In this document: positions 41,842-55,040 of the stretch, one piece after another
Numbering within the stretch: position 1 is the stretch's first letter
Layout of the letters: each line of letters starts with the position of its first letter
Source: the human T2T-CHM13v2.0 reference genome, Homo sapiens
Reading direction: 5' to 3' (one strand)
Assembly: GCF_009914755.1 (NCBI RefSeq)
Contig: NC_060934.1
DNA: 64,000 nucleotides
Translations under genes and position numbers: made by a program
The notes under the pieces: model-generated
What the model was told of the DNA's origin: nothing
Seen by the model: only the letters and a program-made list of their open reading frames with translations
Database searches by the model: none

Positions 41842-42746
41842 TTATTAATCTCATCATCTTAGATTCTAAAATAAGTAACAAGAACAATAAAACCTTACAC
41901 AAATCGAAGTATATGTTCCTTAACAAAAAGAAGCACAGGGATTTAGAGGAAAACAAAATCACTTCCTTCCAGGGACAATCCCCAGAGAGGGCTTAGTGTC
42001 CCCAGTGGCATTTGCAGTGGGTCTTCAGGGACGGATAGGATGGTGACTGAAGGCTTGCTTTGGGTGGGATGTTTCTCCCAGTGTGCAGTGGTTTGAGGTT
42101 TGAGAGAAGCTGTTTTTCATTACCTGGTGGTATAGTGCTTGCTGACCTTCCCTCCTGAGGGGAAAGTCCTTGAACTTGAGGATCTCATTCCATTCCACCA
42201 CAGGCAAGAAAGTTTCCCAGATCAAATGGAAATGATCAAGTTGAAAGTCAAGAAGAAAAGAAAGTTCAGAGATGCCAAGGGACATCAAAAGGAAAAATGT
42301 CTAGAAGTCAACAAGCATAGGAGCAACTTAGCTGTCCTAAGGATTGTCCCATATCAAGTAGCTCAGCTCCAGATGTTCGGAAGAGGCATTGGTTGTACTG
42401 TTTTCTCACCGGATCAGATGGCTTTCAGATAATCTGCTCCTGGCCCCAGGAGGGAAGAGGGCTGTAATGGAGTCTTGAGAACACCTCCTTTCCCTGCCAA
42501 AGGTATTGGAAGCCACACAGGCAGGTGTGGCCTCAGTGGTGGAAAGGACTGCTGGTTTTCTGTAATGTATGTCAGAAGGCCTGCCAAGGCTTCTCAGATA
42601 TGCTGTTACCTATTCTCGCTAATTCATAAGTAAATGAGATGACACAAAAAATGAAGATGTGTTATTAGAAAGTAAAAGACATGTGGACACAGATGGTATA
42701 TTCATCTCCTCTTCCTACTGAAAGCTGAGATTTATTCATGGGGAAC

Positions 42747-42848
42747 AGAAAAGGTGCAGGACTACCTGTATAGAAGGTGTTGAAGAACAGGATTTGGAGA
42801 AAGGGTGCAGGACTGCCTGTATAGATGGTGTTGAAGAGCAGGATTTGG
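42747..42848 (+). repeat. 51-bp tandem duplication (2 copies)
   Basis: agaaaaggtgcaggactacctgtatagaaggtgttgaagaacaggatttgg followed by agaaagggtgcaggactgcctgtatagatggtgttgaagagcaggatttgg (4 mismatches). Confidence 0.95.
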
Positions 42849-43160
42849 TTTTCTACAACCTAGATAATGAGTTTTTGGTTATGATAAAGTGCATCTCACA
42901 AAATCTGAAAGGAACATATTTGACAGTGGTGAAATACATTAACCTGGCCAGGAAGGGATAACATTGAAGAGGAAGTGGAGAGACAGATCTCCAAATTAGA
43001 TCAAGCCAAATGAAAAAGTAGATAAACCAATATGGTATACAAGAAGGAATGGTAGGAGATGACTGGGGACAGTGGCTCACACCTGCAATCCCAACACTTT
43101 GGAAAGCCAAGACAGGAGGATCATTTGAGACCAGGAGTTTGAGACCAACCTCGGCAACAT

Positions 43161-43172
43161 ATAATAATAATG

Positions 43173-43209
<37 letters not shown>

Positions 43210-43213
43210 CAAT
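43161..43213. repeat. (TAA)n microsatellite derived from an Alu monomer tail
   Basis: ataataataa run right after an Alu left-monomer. Confidence 0.9.
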
Positions 43214-44106
43214 AAAGAATGGTAGAAGAAATTAAAAAAAAGATTTTTGACACTTTGGGAGGCCAAGGTAGGAGGATTGCTTTAGGCCAGGAGTTTGAGA
43301 CCAGCCTGGGCAACATAGTGAGACCCTGTCTCTACAAAAAAAAAAGAAAAATAGAAAACTTATCTGGGCATGGTGGTGCTTACCTGTAGTTCTAACTACT
43401 CGGGAAGCAGAGGCTGGAGGATCCCCTGAGCCCAGGAGGTTGAGGCTGTAGTGAGCTATGATCACAACACCGCACTACAGCCTCGGAGACAGAGTGAGAC
43501 CCTGTTTCAAAAAAAAAATGGATTTCAAGGTGAACTTGAAATTGGGGCAGAAGGAAATGCATATACACTTTTGGATAGTTCTTGAGCTGCTTGCTTTATT
43601 CACTGTGTATTCATCAACAATCAGCAGGCAGCACTTACAAAATGGAGCCTGGGCTTAGCCCTAATTTCCTCCTGTGGTATTAATTTTAGAAGTTAGAATG
43701 TTTAAAATCTTTTGTAAACATAAGAGAAATGAAGTTTAGATTACTTTGAATGTTTTGTCTTATCTTGGCCACAGTATTGAAATTTAAATCTAGAAATTGG
43801 AGCTGGGTGCAGTGGCTCAGGCCTGTAATTCCAGCACTTGGGAGGCCGAGCTGGGAGGATCACTTGACTCCAGCAGTTCCAGGACAGCTTGGGCAATGTA
43901 GCAAGACTCTGTCTCCAAAATAAAACAAAATAAAATAAACCTAGAAATTGGGCTCTAGAGAAAAGCACTGAATTAGTTGTCTTTTTTTTTTTTTTCCGAG
44001 GCAGGGTCTTGTTCTGTCACCCAGGCTGGAGTGCAGTGGCGCCATCTAGGGTCACTGCAACCCCTGCCTCCAGAGTTCAATGGATTCTTCTGCCTCAGCC
44101 CCCTGA

Positions 44107-44313
<207 letters not shown>

Positions 44314-44477
44314 TAAGATGTGTCTTGTGGGTATAATACTTTAAAAGCTCAAGCATTCTAAAATCTAATCTTATACTTTGTTTGTGTAAGTCATACTTTT
44401 TAACTGTTTGATAGTAAAATATGAGATAAAAATCAACCCTCCATTGTAACGTTTGTACTCTGGTTCTTGATGTGCAG

Positions 44478-44606
44478 GTAGATCGTTGGCCGGAGACAGG
44501 ATATGTGAAGAAACTTCAGAGAAGGGACAATACGTTCTATTACTACAACAAACAGAGGGAATGTGATGACAAAGAAGTCCACAAAGTGAAAATTTATGCT
44601 TACTAG
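44478..44606 (+). CDS. MEIG1: MEIG1 last coding exon to stop (total 88 aa)
   Basis: tgtgcag acceptor; [42 protein letters not shown] then TAG at 44604-44606. Confidence 0.96.
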   Translation, partial: VDRWPETGYVKKLQRRDNTFYYYNKQRECDDKEVHKVKIYAY

Positions 44607-44759
44607 CCTGTCTTCTTTGTATTACTTGTCAATTATATTTTAAGTATTCATCATTTCCTTCTATATCGTGTGTTTGTCATTTGATGAAATAATTCAAGAT
44701 GCAGTCTGCAGTTTAATGTTTTGTGAAACACAAAAGCCATGAGAATTGGTATCTGCTAA

Positions 44760-45020
<261 letters not shown>

Positions 45021-45452
45021 TGATTTCATCATGTTGGCCAGGGTGGTCTCAAACTCCTGACCTCAAGTGATCTGCCCGCCTCAGCCTCCCAAAGTGCTGG
45101 CATTTCAGGTGTGAGCCACCACACCTGGCCTCTGTCCATAATAACTGTGGTGTGATCACCATTAAGTATGGGAAAACACCTTTGAAATCATCCCAATGGT
45201 TAGACTAGTGACATATTTTCTTATAGCAGATAGTCTTAGTGCTCCACCTATACCCGCTCCTGGCATTTATGTCTTTACTAGAACATTGCTTTGAGATGCC
45301 AGATATGGGTCTTGTGGCCCAAGGTCTTTCTCTTGCCCCTGGAGTCCTTTGCCTCTTGCTGGGCAAACTGGAAGTGTCAAGGAATAATGCCCCCCATGGA
45401 AGAAGTCCTCCACTAATGACCGCTGGGAAGTAGTGATAGAAATCTCCCAGCA

Positions 45453-45893
<441 letters not shown>

Positions 45894-46541
45894 AGCGCTT
45901 TGACGGACTAAGGCCATGGGAATCACGTGCTTATTTCAGGGCTATCGGGATCAAAGGGAGTATACATATGATAGGCCTTACACAGTCTCTCCTATAATTG
46001 TGCTGGACTTTCTTCTTTTTGCCTGAATAACCTCAGAGACCTTGTTAACGTTTGTGGCCTTCTGAGCTCCCCTCTTTAATCCTTCCAAGAGAGCTTCCCT
46101 GTCTCAGTTTAGCCTTTGCATATCCTCTCTTTCATGTGGGTCCATCTGGGGGTTGGTTCCTGGTAACTGGGTCCTTCCATACTCTTGGGGGTTTTGACAA
46201 TCAGCTGGTGCATATTCCTCTAGCCACTTAGTTGCTGCTTGGAGCCCTCTCCGCCTTTCATCTCTGTTAAAGAGGAACATGAGCAACCGGTGGCAATCAG
46301 CCCAGGTGGGGTTGTGGGTCTGGATAACAGTTTGGAGCAAATCAATTAGGGCTTGTGGCTTTTCGGTAGAGGGCGGTGTATTGTTTTCCCAGTTGAGAAG
46401 GTCGGCAGAGGTGAAGGGCTGGTACCCAAAAACACGCCTCTCCACCACGTGACCATCCTCCTCTATCCCAGTATACCGCTGCTCTCTCAGGGGCATTTGG
46501 ATCCCCGTTTTGGGTCGTAAACCAGCTGTCGAGGGAGGGGT
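45894..46541 (-). mobile_element. HERV-E-like (gammaretroviral ERV1) gag capsid fragment, copy 1, defective
   Basis: YQPFTSADLLNWENNTPPSTEKPQALIDLLQTVIQTHNPTWADCHRLLMFLF...; in-frame stop at 46104; no LTR. Confidence 0.85.
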
Positions 46542-46564
46542 GGAATGGCACAATGTGACTTACC

Positions 46565-46915
46565 GCGATTAATGGTATCAATTATTAATTGAGACTAATA
46601 ACTATCAATATTAATAACTGATCATATAATTCTTAAAATCAATAGCGATAATAATGATAATTCACATTAAAGAGTTATACTCATGATAACAATAAATGAT
46701 TAATATTAATGATTAATGACACCTGATATTAATAACTGATATTGATCTTATTCATTAGAAAACAGTCATATTAGCTCTTAATAATTAATATTAATATTAA
46801 TAATCTGAACACTTTATGAGCAATGATTTCTTAATATTAATATCAATATTGATAATAGATATTCATGTTAATAATAAATGAGGATGAATTAATACTAATA
46901 GTACACCTAAAACCT
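46565..46915. repeat. AT-rich low-complexity spacer, copy 1
   Basis: Dense TAATA/ATTAAT/TAATATTA words; paralogous to 54690-55040. Confidence 0.85.
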
Positions 46916-48125
46916 CAGTGGGTGTACACCCACCTGTGATATTGTTCATAATGTCCAGGAAGGGAGAGAGCATGATATTACGTTCAATATCGCAGTAGCT
47001 GTACACCCACCCGGTGATATTGATACGAATCTCATCTCCAGGGGATGGCGTATGACGTTACTCCCAATACAGCACTGGGTGCGCATCCACCCGGTGATGT
47101 TCCTCCTCATATTCACGGAAAAAGAGAATGCTATTACTCCCGGTATCACAGGAAATGTACACCCTTTCTGTGACATTGTTCCTAATATCCGGAGGGGGAG
47201 AGGGTGATATTACTCCCAATATCGCAGGCTGTGTACACCCACCCTCTGATATTGTTCCTAGTAGCCAGGAAGGGAGAGGACGATATGACTCCCCAGACAG
47301 CAGGAGGTGTACACCCATCCTGGGATATTCTTCCTAATATCCATGGAGAGGAGAGGCTGATATGACTCCCAATATGGCAGGGGGTCTACATCCAGTCTAT
47401 GATATTGTTCTTAATATTCAAAGGTGGAGAGGTTAATATTACTCCCAATATCACAGAAAGTGTACAAACCCGTGTACTATTGTTGCTATTATCCAGAAGA
47501 GGAGAAGATGATAATACCCCCCATACCGCAGGAGGTGTACACCCACTCTGTGATATTTTTTGTAATGTGCAGGGCGGGGGAGGATAATATTCTTCTTAAT
47601 AACGCAGGGTGTGTACAGCCCCCCTGTGATATGGTCCTTAATATTCCAAGGGGGAGAGGATAACCCTCCTCCCAATAGCACAGAAAGTGTACACCACCCC
47701 AGGGATATTGTTCCCATGATCCAGGAGAGAAGAGGATGATGTTACTTTCAATATCGCATGGGGTGGACACGCCCCCAGTGATATTGGTCCTAATTTCAAC
47801 ATGGGAGAGGACGATACTACACCCAATGCCGCTGGGGGCAGAAACACTCCCGTGATATTGTTCTTAATATCCAGGGGGAAGAGGATGCTATTACTGCAAA
47901 TAGTACAGAGGATGTGCACCCGTCTGTGACATAGTTGGTAATTTCCAGAGGCAGAGAAGATATTACTGACAATAACGTCAACACGCTGTGACCACCGTGG
48001 ATCCTAATATCCAGGGGGGGACCGGGGGGTGATATTACTCCCCGCATCGCGGGGGGCGTCCGCCCCCTTGCGACGGGAATCGTAATACCCAGGTGGGGAG
48101 AGGGGGTTGATATTACTCCCCGATT
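46916..48125 (+). repeat. SATR-family satellite, purine-rich ~75-bp monomer type
   Basis: Repeating gggagaggatgatattactcccaatatcgcagg..gtgtacacccacctgtgatattgttcctaatatcc. Confidence 0.85.
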
Positions 48126-51100
48126 TTTCCTAGGATCTTTTCTCTACTGCCATCCTGGGTTCACACCCTGGGACATTATTTTCCATATTCTAGCAAGATG
48201 CCACTAGTAAAGTCACCGGGGTATACACCCTGCTGTATTATTCATAATATTAATTACGTATTATTCATGGGGGAATATTAATCCTGATGTCACAGGACCG
48301 TACACACTGTGAAGTTATTCCCAGTATCCTAGCGGGACCTTAAGAATAATGTCACAATGTGTGTATACCTTGTGGTGTTATTCTTATTCTCCTATGGGGA
48401 GGTTACTTTTATTGTCACACGGGCTATGTTCGCTTTGATATTATTCATAATATCCTAGAGGGATGTCACCTCTTATGTCACAGGGTTTGTACACCTTGTC
48501 AAATCACTCGTATTATCCTCATAAGATGTCACTCCTCATATCACAGAGGGTGTACACTCTGTGATATTATCGTCCTATTCTAGGGAAATGTGACTTTTAA
48601 TGTCACAGAGGGTGTACACCTTGTGAAATTATTCGTTATAATTTTGTGGGATGTTACCCCTAATGTCACACGGGGTGGACACACAGTGATGTTCCATGTA
48701 ATATTCTATAGAAATGTTACTCGTAATTCACAGGTCCTGTACACCCTTTCATATTCTTCATAATATTCCAGGAAAACGTTACTGCTAATGTCACAGGGCG
48801 TGTAGACCCTGTCATGAAATTCCTAATATCCTAGCAGGAGTTCACTACTCATTTCACAATGCGTGTACACACTTTGATATTATTCGTACTGTCCTGAAGA
48901 GATGTTACTACTGATGTCCCAATGCAGGTACATTCTCTGACATTATTCGTTATATCCACGGGGGATGTTACTTCTAATGTCACACGGGGTGTACTCCCTG
49001 TGTTCTATTTCCTAATGTCCTAGCGCAATTTTACTTTTAATGACACAGGGGTGTACACATTGAGATATTATTCATGATATTGTAGAAAGATGTTACTCCT
49101 AATGTCACAGGCGTGTACAGCCTGTGATAGTATTCATAATTACCCAGGGGTCTATACTCCTATTGGCACAGAAGATAACACCCTGTGACACTATTCGTAA
49201 TATTCTAGCGAGATGATACTCCCAATGTCACAGATGGTGTACACCCCATGTTATTATTCTTACTCTTCTAGGGTGATGTTAGTCTTAATGTCACAGGCCT
49301 GTTCCTTCTGTGATATTATTGAAAATATGCTAGCAGGATATTACTACTAATGCCAAATGCGTGTACACGTGATATTATTAGTAATATTCAGGGGGGATGT
49401 TACTCATAAAGTTACAGGGATGTACACCGTGTGATATTGTTCCCAATATTGTAGGGGGATGTCACTCCTATAATGTCACAGGGGGTGTACACCCTTCGAT
49501 ATTATTTGTAATCTTATAGAGAGATATTACTTTAAATATCACAGTGGGTGTACACACATGGGGTACACCCACTGGGATATTATTTGTAATTTCTTCAAGA
49601 GATATAACTCCTAATATCACAGTGGGTGTACCCCATGTGGGTATACCCTGTGATATTATTTGTAATATCCATGGTAAACATTACTTCTAGTAACCCACAG
49701 AGGGTACACCCTGTGATATTTTTCATAATATCATAGGGAGATATTCCTGCTAATAACACAGTGGGTGTACACCATGTGTGTACACTCTGTGATATGATAG
49801 CTCATATCCTAGGGAGGTATTCCTTCTAATATCACCGTGAGTTTACACCCTGTGATATCATTCGTAATATCCTAGAAAGATGTTGCTGCTAATATCACAG
49901 AGAGTGTGCCCCCAGTGACATTATTCGTAATATCCTGGGGAGATGTTACTCTTAATGTCACAGGGATTGTACACCCTGTTCTATTATTGTAATATTCTAG
50001 GGGGGTGTTCCTTTTAAAGTCACAGGGGTGTACACCCTGTAATGTTATTCGTAATATCCTAGGAAGAGGTTACTCCTAATATCACATGTGTTATCCTAGG
50101 AAGAGGTTACTCCTAATATCACACCCTGTGATACCACTCGCAATATCCACAGGGAATGTTACTTTGAATGTCACATGGGGTGTACACCCTTTGATGTTAG
50201 TCCTAAGACCCAGGGATATATTACTTCAAATATCACATTGGGTGTAGACACATGGTGTACACATTATGTATGAAAACGTACTGTGATATTATTCATAATA
50301 TCCTTGGAAAATGGGACTGCTAATATCACAGTGATTGTCCACACTGTGATATTATTAGTAACATCCTAGGGGAATATTAGTCCAAAACCAAAGGCGTGTG
50401 TTCCCCCCATGATATTATTCGTAATACTCTAGGGAGATGTTACTCCTAATGTGATATCACAGGGGTGCACACCCTGTGATATTATTCACAGTATATGAGA
50501 GGGATATTAGCACTGAAGTCACAATGCATGTACACCTTGTGATATTATTCCTAATATCCTACGGGGATGTTACTCATATTGTCACAGGGGTTGTGTTCGC
50601 TGCGATAGTATTCGTAGTCTCCTAGACGGATGTTACACCTAATGTCACAGGGTGTGTACATCTTGTTATATTAGCCGTGATATCCTAAAAAGACATGACT
50701 CCTCATGTCACAGGGGCTGTATACCCTGTGATATTATTCGTAATATCCTAGCGAGATGTGACTTTTAATGTCACAGAGTGTACACACCTTTTGAAATTAT
50801 TCATCACAGTTTCGTGGTATGTTACAACTTATGTCACACGGGGTGCACACCAAATGATATTACTTGTAATATTCTATAGAAATGTTACTCATAAATCACA
50901 GGTGTTCTACACCCTGTAATGTTATGGGTCGTATTCTAGGGGATTGTGACATAAATTAATGTCACCCGGCGTGTACACCTTGTGATATTATTCGTAATAT
51001 CCTGGTGGGATGTTACTACTAATGCCACAATACGTGTACACCCTCTGATATTATCCGTTATATCCTCATGGGTCATTCCTCCTATGTCACATGGGGTGTA

Positions 51101-52482
51101 CTCCCTGTGATATTATTCGGAATATCTCAGGGGGATTTTACTTTAAATATCACAAAGGTTGTACACGCTGTGATATTACCCGTGATGTTCTAGAAAGATG
51201 TTACTCCTAATGTCACAGGGGGTGTACACCCTGTGATATTACACAGGCTAACCCCCTGTGACATTATTCGTAATACTTTAGCGGGATGATACTCCTAAAG
51301 TCACAGGAGGTGTACACCCTGTGATATTATTCGGAATATTCCAGGGGGATGTTACTCCTAAAGTCACAGGTGTGTATGCCCTGGGATAGTATTCACAATA
51401 TACTAGCGGGATACTACTACTAATGTCACCATGTGTGTACACCTTCTGATATTATTCGTAATATCCTGGGAGGATGTTACTCCCAACGTCACAGGGGTGT
51501 ACACCCTGTGTTATTATTACTAATATTCTAGCGGGATTTTACTTTTAAAATCACAGGGGCTGTCAACCCTGGGATCTTATTTGTAATATCCTACGAAGAT
51601 GTTACTTGTAATGTCACATGGGGTGTACACCCTGGGATATTATTTCAAATATCCTAAAGAGATGTTATCTTAATGTCATAGGGTGTGTACACCCCTTGAT
51701 ATTATTCCTAATATCCTGAGGAGATATTACTTTAAAAATCACAGTGGGTGTGCACACATGGTGTACACCCTGTGATATTATTCACAATATGTGAGGGAGG
51801 TATAACTTTTAATATCGCAGTGGGTGTACACACTGTGATACTATTCGTTATATCGTAGAAGTATATTATTTCTATTGTCAGAGGAGTTTAACATCCTGTG
51901 AAATTATTTGTAGTAATCCAGGGGGATAATTACCCTAAAGTCGCAGGCTGTGTACACCCTGTTATGTTATTCATAATATTCTAGGGGGATGTTACTCCTA
52001 ATGTCGCAAATGTGTGCACGCCGTGATATTATTCACAATCTACTAGCTGGATATTGTTACTAGTGTCACCATGCCTGTTCACCTTGTGATATTATTCGTA
52101 ATATCCTAAGGGGATGTTACGCCTATTGTCACAGGGGGTGTGGTTTCTGTGCTATAATTCGGAGTATCCCAGGGGGATGTTACTCCCACCATACAAATTG
52201 TGTACAATTTGTTATATTATTCGTAATATCCTAGAGTGATGTTACTCCTTATGTCACAGCGGTGTATATCCTGCGATGTTATTCTTCGCATTCTAGAAAG
52301 ATGTTAACTTCTAATATCACAGAGAGTGTACAATCTGTGAGGTTATTCATAATCGTTTCCAGGGATGTTACTCCTAATGTCACACGTGGTGTACAAACAG
52401 TGATATCATTTGTGATATTTTATGGAAATGTTACCCCTAATATCGCAGGGGCTGTACACCTTGTAATCTTATTCAGAATATG
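48126..52482 (+). repeat. SATR-family satellite, ~62-63-bp monomer type
   Basis: Repeating tgtacaccctgtgatattattcgtaatatcctagggggatgttactcctaatgtcacaggggg; period 62-63 measured at 51301/51364/51426/51489. Confidence 0.9.
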
Positions 52483-52484
52483 AA

Positions 52485-54670
52485 GTAACGTACCTGCTGT
52501 CAGGAGATCTGAGCTTTTTTCTTGGACACATTATACCCACAGTCCTCCAGGTGTTGGCGTAGGGCAATCCGTTCTCTTGGCGCACCCGACTGACCTGGGG
52601 TGTCCCAGCAAAAGCTCAACCTACTGGAGCAAAGCGCAGCCTATGTCTCTGGTTGGAAACCTCTGGAGGTCTCGAGCCAACGCCTCACCGAAGATGGTGG
52701 GGGAGTTCTTGAACCTTTGGGGAAGACCGGTCCAAGTGTACTGAGTAGTGACACCTGACTCCGGACCTTCCCACTGAAAGGCAAAGAGCTTCTGCCTCTC
52801 AGGGGCTAATCTGATAGGAAAGAAAGCGTCTTTCAGGTCCAAGCAGGTGAAGCAGCTGTCCTCAGCTGGCAGCAACCCCAACAATGTGGACGGGTTAGGT
52901 ACTGTTGGATGGAAAGTCAGTGTAGCTTGACGAAGCAAGCGCAAATCCTGTCCCGGCCTGTAGACCTTGGTCTGTGGCTTGGGAACAGGCAGGAGGGGAG
53001 TGTTCCATGGCGAATGACAAGGAAGTATCATTCCACAAGTTCTTAGGTGCTTGAGACGGACCTGGATACCTTGAAGAGCTTCTCTGGTGACCGGGTCCTG
53101 TTTTTGCCTAAGCGGCTGGGCCCCAGTCTTAACTGGCCAACTCTGGAGGGTTGTCTTCCGCCCGTACTCTTGGCCACCGCTTAGCCAGAGCTGGTCTTCT
53201 CTCTTGGCCTGGCTCAGTTCAGAAAAGTCTCCATTCCTCCTCTCGGGGGACTGTAAGGGTCATAATGACTCCCGTGGTGGGTAACTTTAGCAGCAAAGAG
53301 CTGTGTTCTGTCAAAGAGAGACTGGCTCTCAGCTTGCTGAGCAAGTCCCTTCCCAGCAAGGTCAAGGGACGGTCTGGCATGTACAAAAACTGATGAATGA
53401 CTTGATGTCCTCCTACAGTACAAGTCCGAGGCGAGCAGAAAGCTTGCTTTGCGGAAACCCCCGTGGCTCCGGTGATGTCAAGAGTCTTTTTGGATAAGGG
53501 GGCGACCGGGGCGGTTACTAGCGAATGTTCAGCACCGGTATCTACAGGAAAATCAATGTCTCTACCCCCGACAGTCATTCTGACCAGAGGCTCTTTGGGG
53601 ACGCTTGAGCCCGGTCTCCCTCAGTCCAATAACCCTTCTGCGAGGTTGAGCCGGGCCCCTTCCTCCTAGTCCAGGGCCTCCTGTTCTGAGTCATCTTGTT
53701 TTCTTTTGAGCTGAGGGCATTTGTTCTTCCAATGTCCTATTTCTTTCCAATAAGCACACTGGTTACACTGCAAACTCTGACAGCCAAGCTGAGTTTCTTT
53801 CCCAGGGCCCCCCTTCCCTTGCTTCTTTGGGGGGACCCCTCTGATTGCTGCAGCTAACAAACAGGTCGGCGTTTCCCCGGGCCTGACCTCCATTCTCTTT
53901 GCGCTTTTCCTCGCGGCTTACTGCATCCCTGTTTACAAACACCTGCTTAGCTCTTTCTCATCATTGTGATGTATTCACCCCTGCAAGCCCAGCCTGCTTC
54001 TGCAGTTTTCTTCTAAGGTCTTCCGCGCTTTGATGGATTAAAGCCATGTGAATCATGCGCTGATTTTCAGGGTTATCGGGATCGAGGGGAGTATACATAT
54101 GATAGGCCTCACACAGTCTCTCGTATAATTGTGCTGGACTTTCTTCTTTTTCCTGAATGACCTCAGAGACCTTGTTAACATTTGTGGCCTTCTGAGCTCC
54201 CCTCATTAATCCTTCCAAGAGAGCTTCCCTGCCTCAGTTTAGCCTTTGCATATCCTCTCTTTCATGTGGGTCCAACTGGTGGTCGGTTCGTGGTACCTGG
54301 GTCCTTCCATACTCTTGGGGGTTTTGATAATCAGCTGGTGCATGTTCCTCTAGCCACTTAGTTGCTGCTTGGAGGACTCTTTGCCTTTCATCTCTGTTAA
54401 AGAGGAACATGAGCAACTGGTGGCAATCAGCCCAGGTGTGGTTGTGGGTCTGGATAACAGTTTGGAGCAAATCAATTAGGGCTTGTGGCTTTTCCTTCTG
54501 GGACGGGGTATTGTTTTCCCAGTTGAGAAGGTCAGCAGAGGTGAAGGGCTGGTACACAAAAACAGCCTCTCCACCACGTGACCATCCTCCTCTATCCCAG
54601 TATACCGCTGCTCTCTCAGGGGCATTTGGATCCCCGTTTTGGGTCGTAGACGAGCTGCCAAGGGAGGGGT
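52485..54670 (-). mobile_element. HERV-E-like gag (CA-NC), protease and N-terminal RT, copy 2, defective
   Basis: CA as copy 1; MHR-like IQEKEESPAQLYERL; NC knuckle CAYWKEIGHWKNKC (second Cys lost); protease VDTGAEHS; RT SPWNTPLLPV, LDLKDAFF, LPQRFKNSP; YVDD destroyed (CAG TAG GTT GAG CTT at ~52612-52626). Confidence 0.9.
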
Positions 54671-54689
54671 GGAATGACGCAATGTTACC

Positions 54690-55040
54690 GCAATTAATAA
54701 TATCAATTGTTAATTGATACTAATAATTATCAATATTAACAACTGATCATATAATTCTTAAAATCAATACAGATAATAATGAAAATTCATATTAAAGAGT
54801 TATACTCACGATAACAATAAATGATTAATATTAACGATTAATGATGCCTGGTATTAATAAGTGATATTGATCTTATTCATTAGAAAACAGTCATATTAGC
54901 TCCTAATAATTAATGTTAATGTTAATCTGAGCACTTTTTATGAGCAATTATTTCTTAATATTAATATTAATATTGGTAATAGATATTCCTGTTAATAATA
55001 AATGAGGAAGAATTAATATGAATATTATGCCTAATACCCC
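54690..55040. repeat. AT-rich low-complexity spacer, copy 2
   Basis: Collinear with 46565-46915. Confidence 0.85.
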
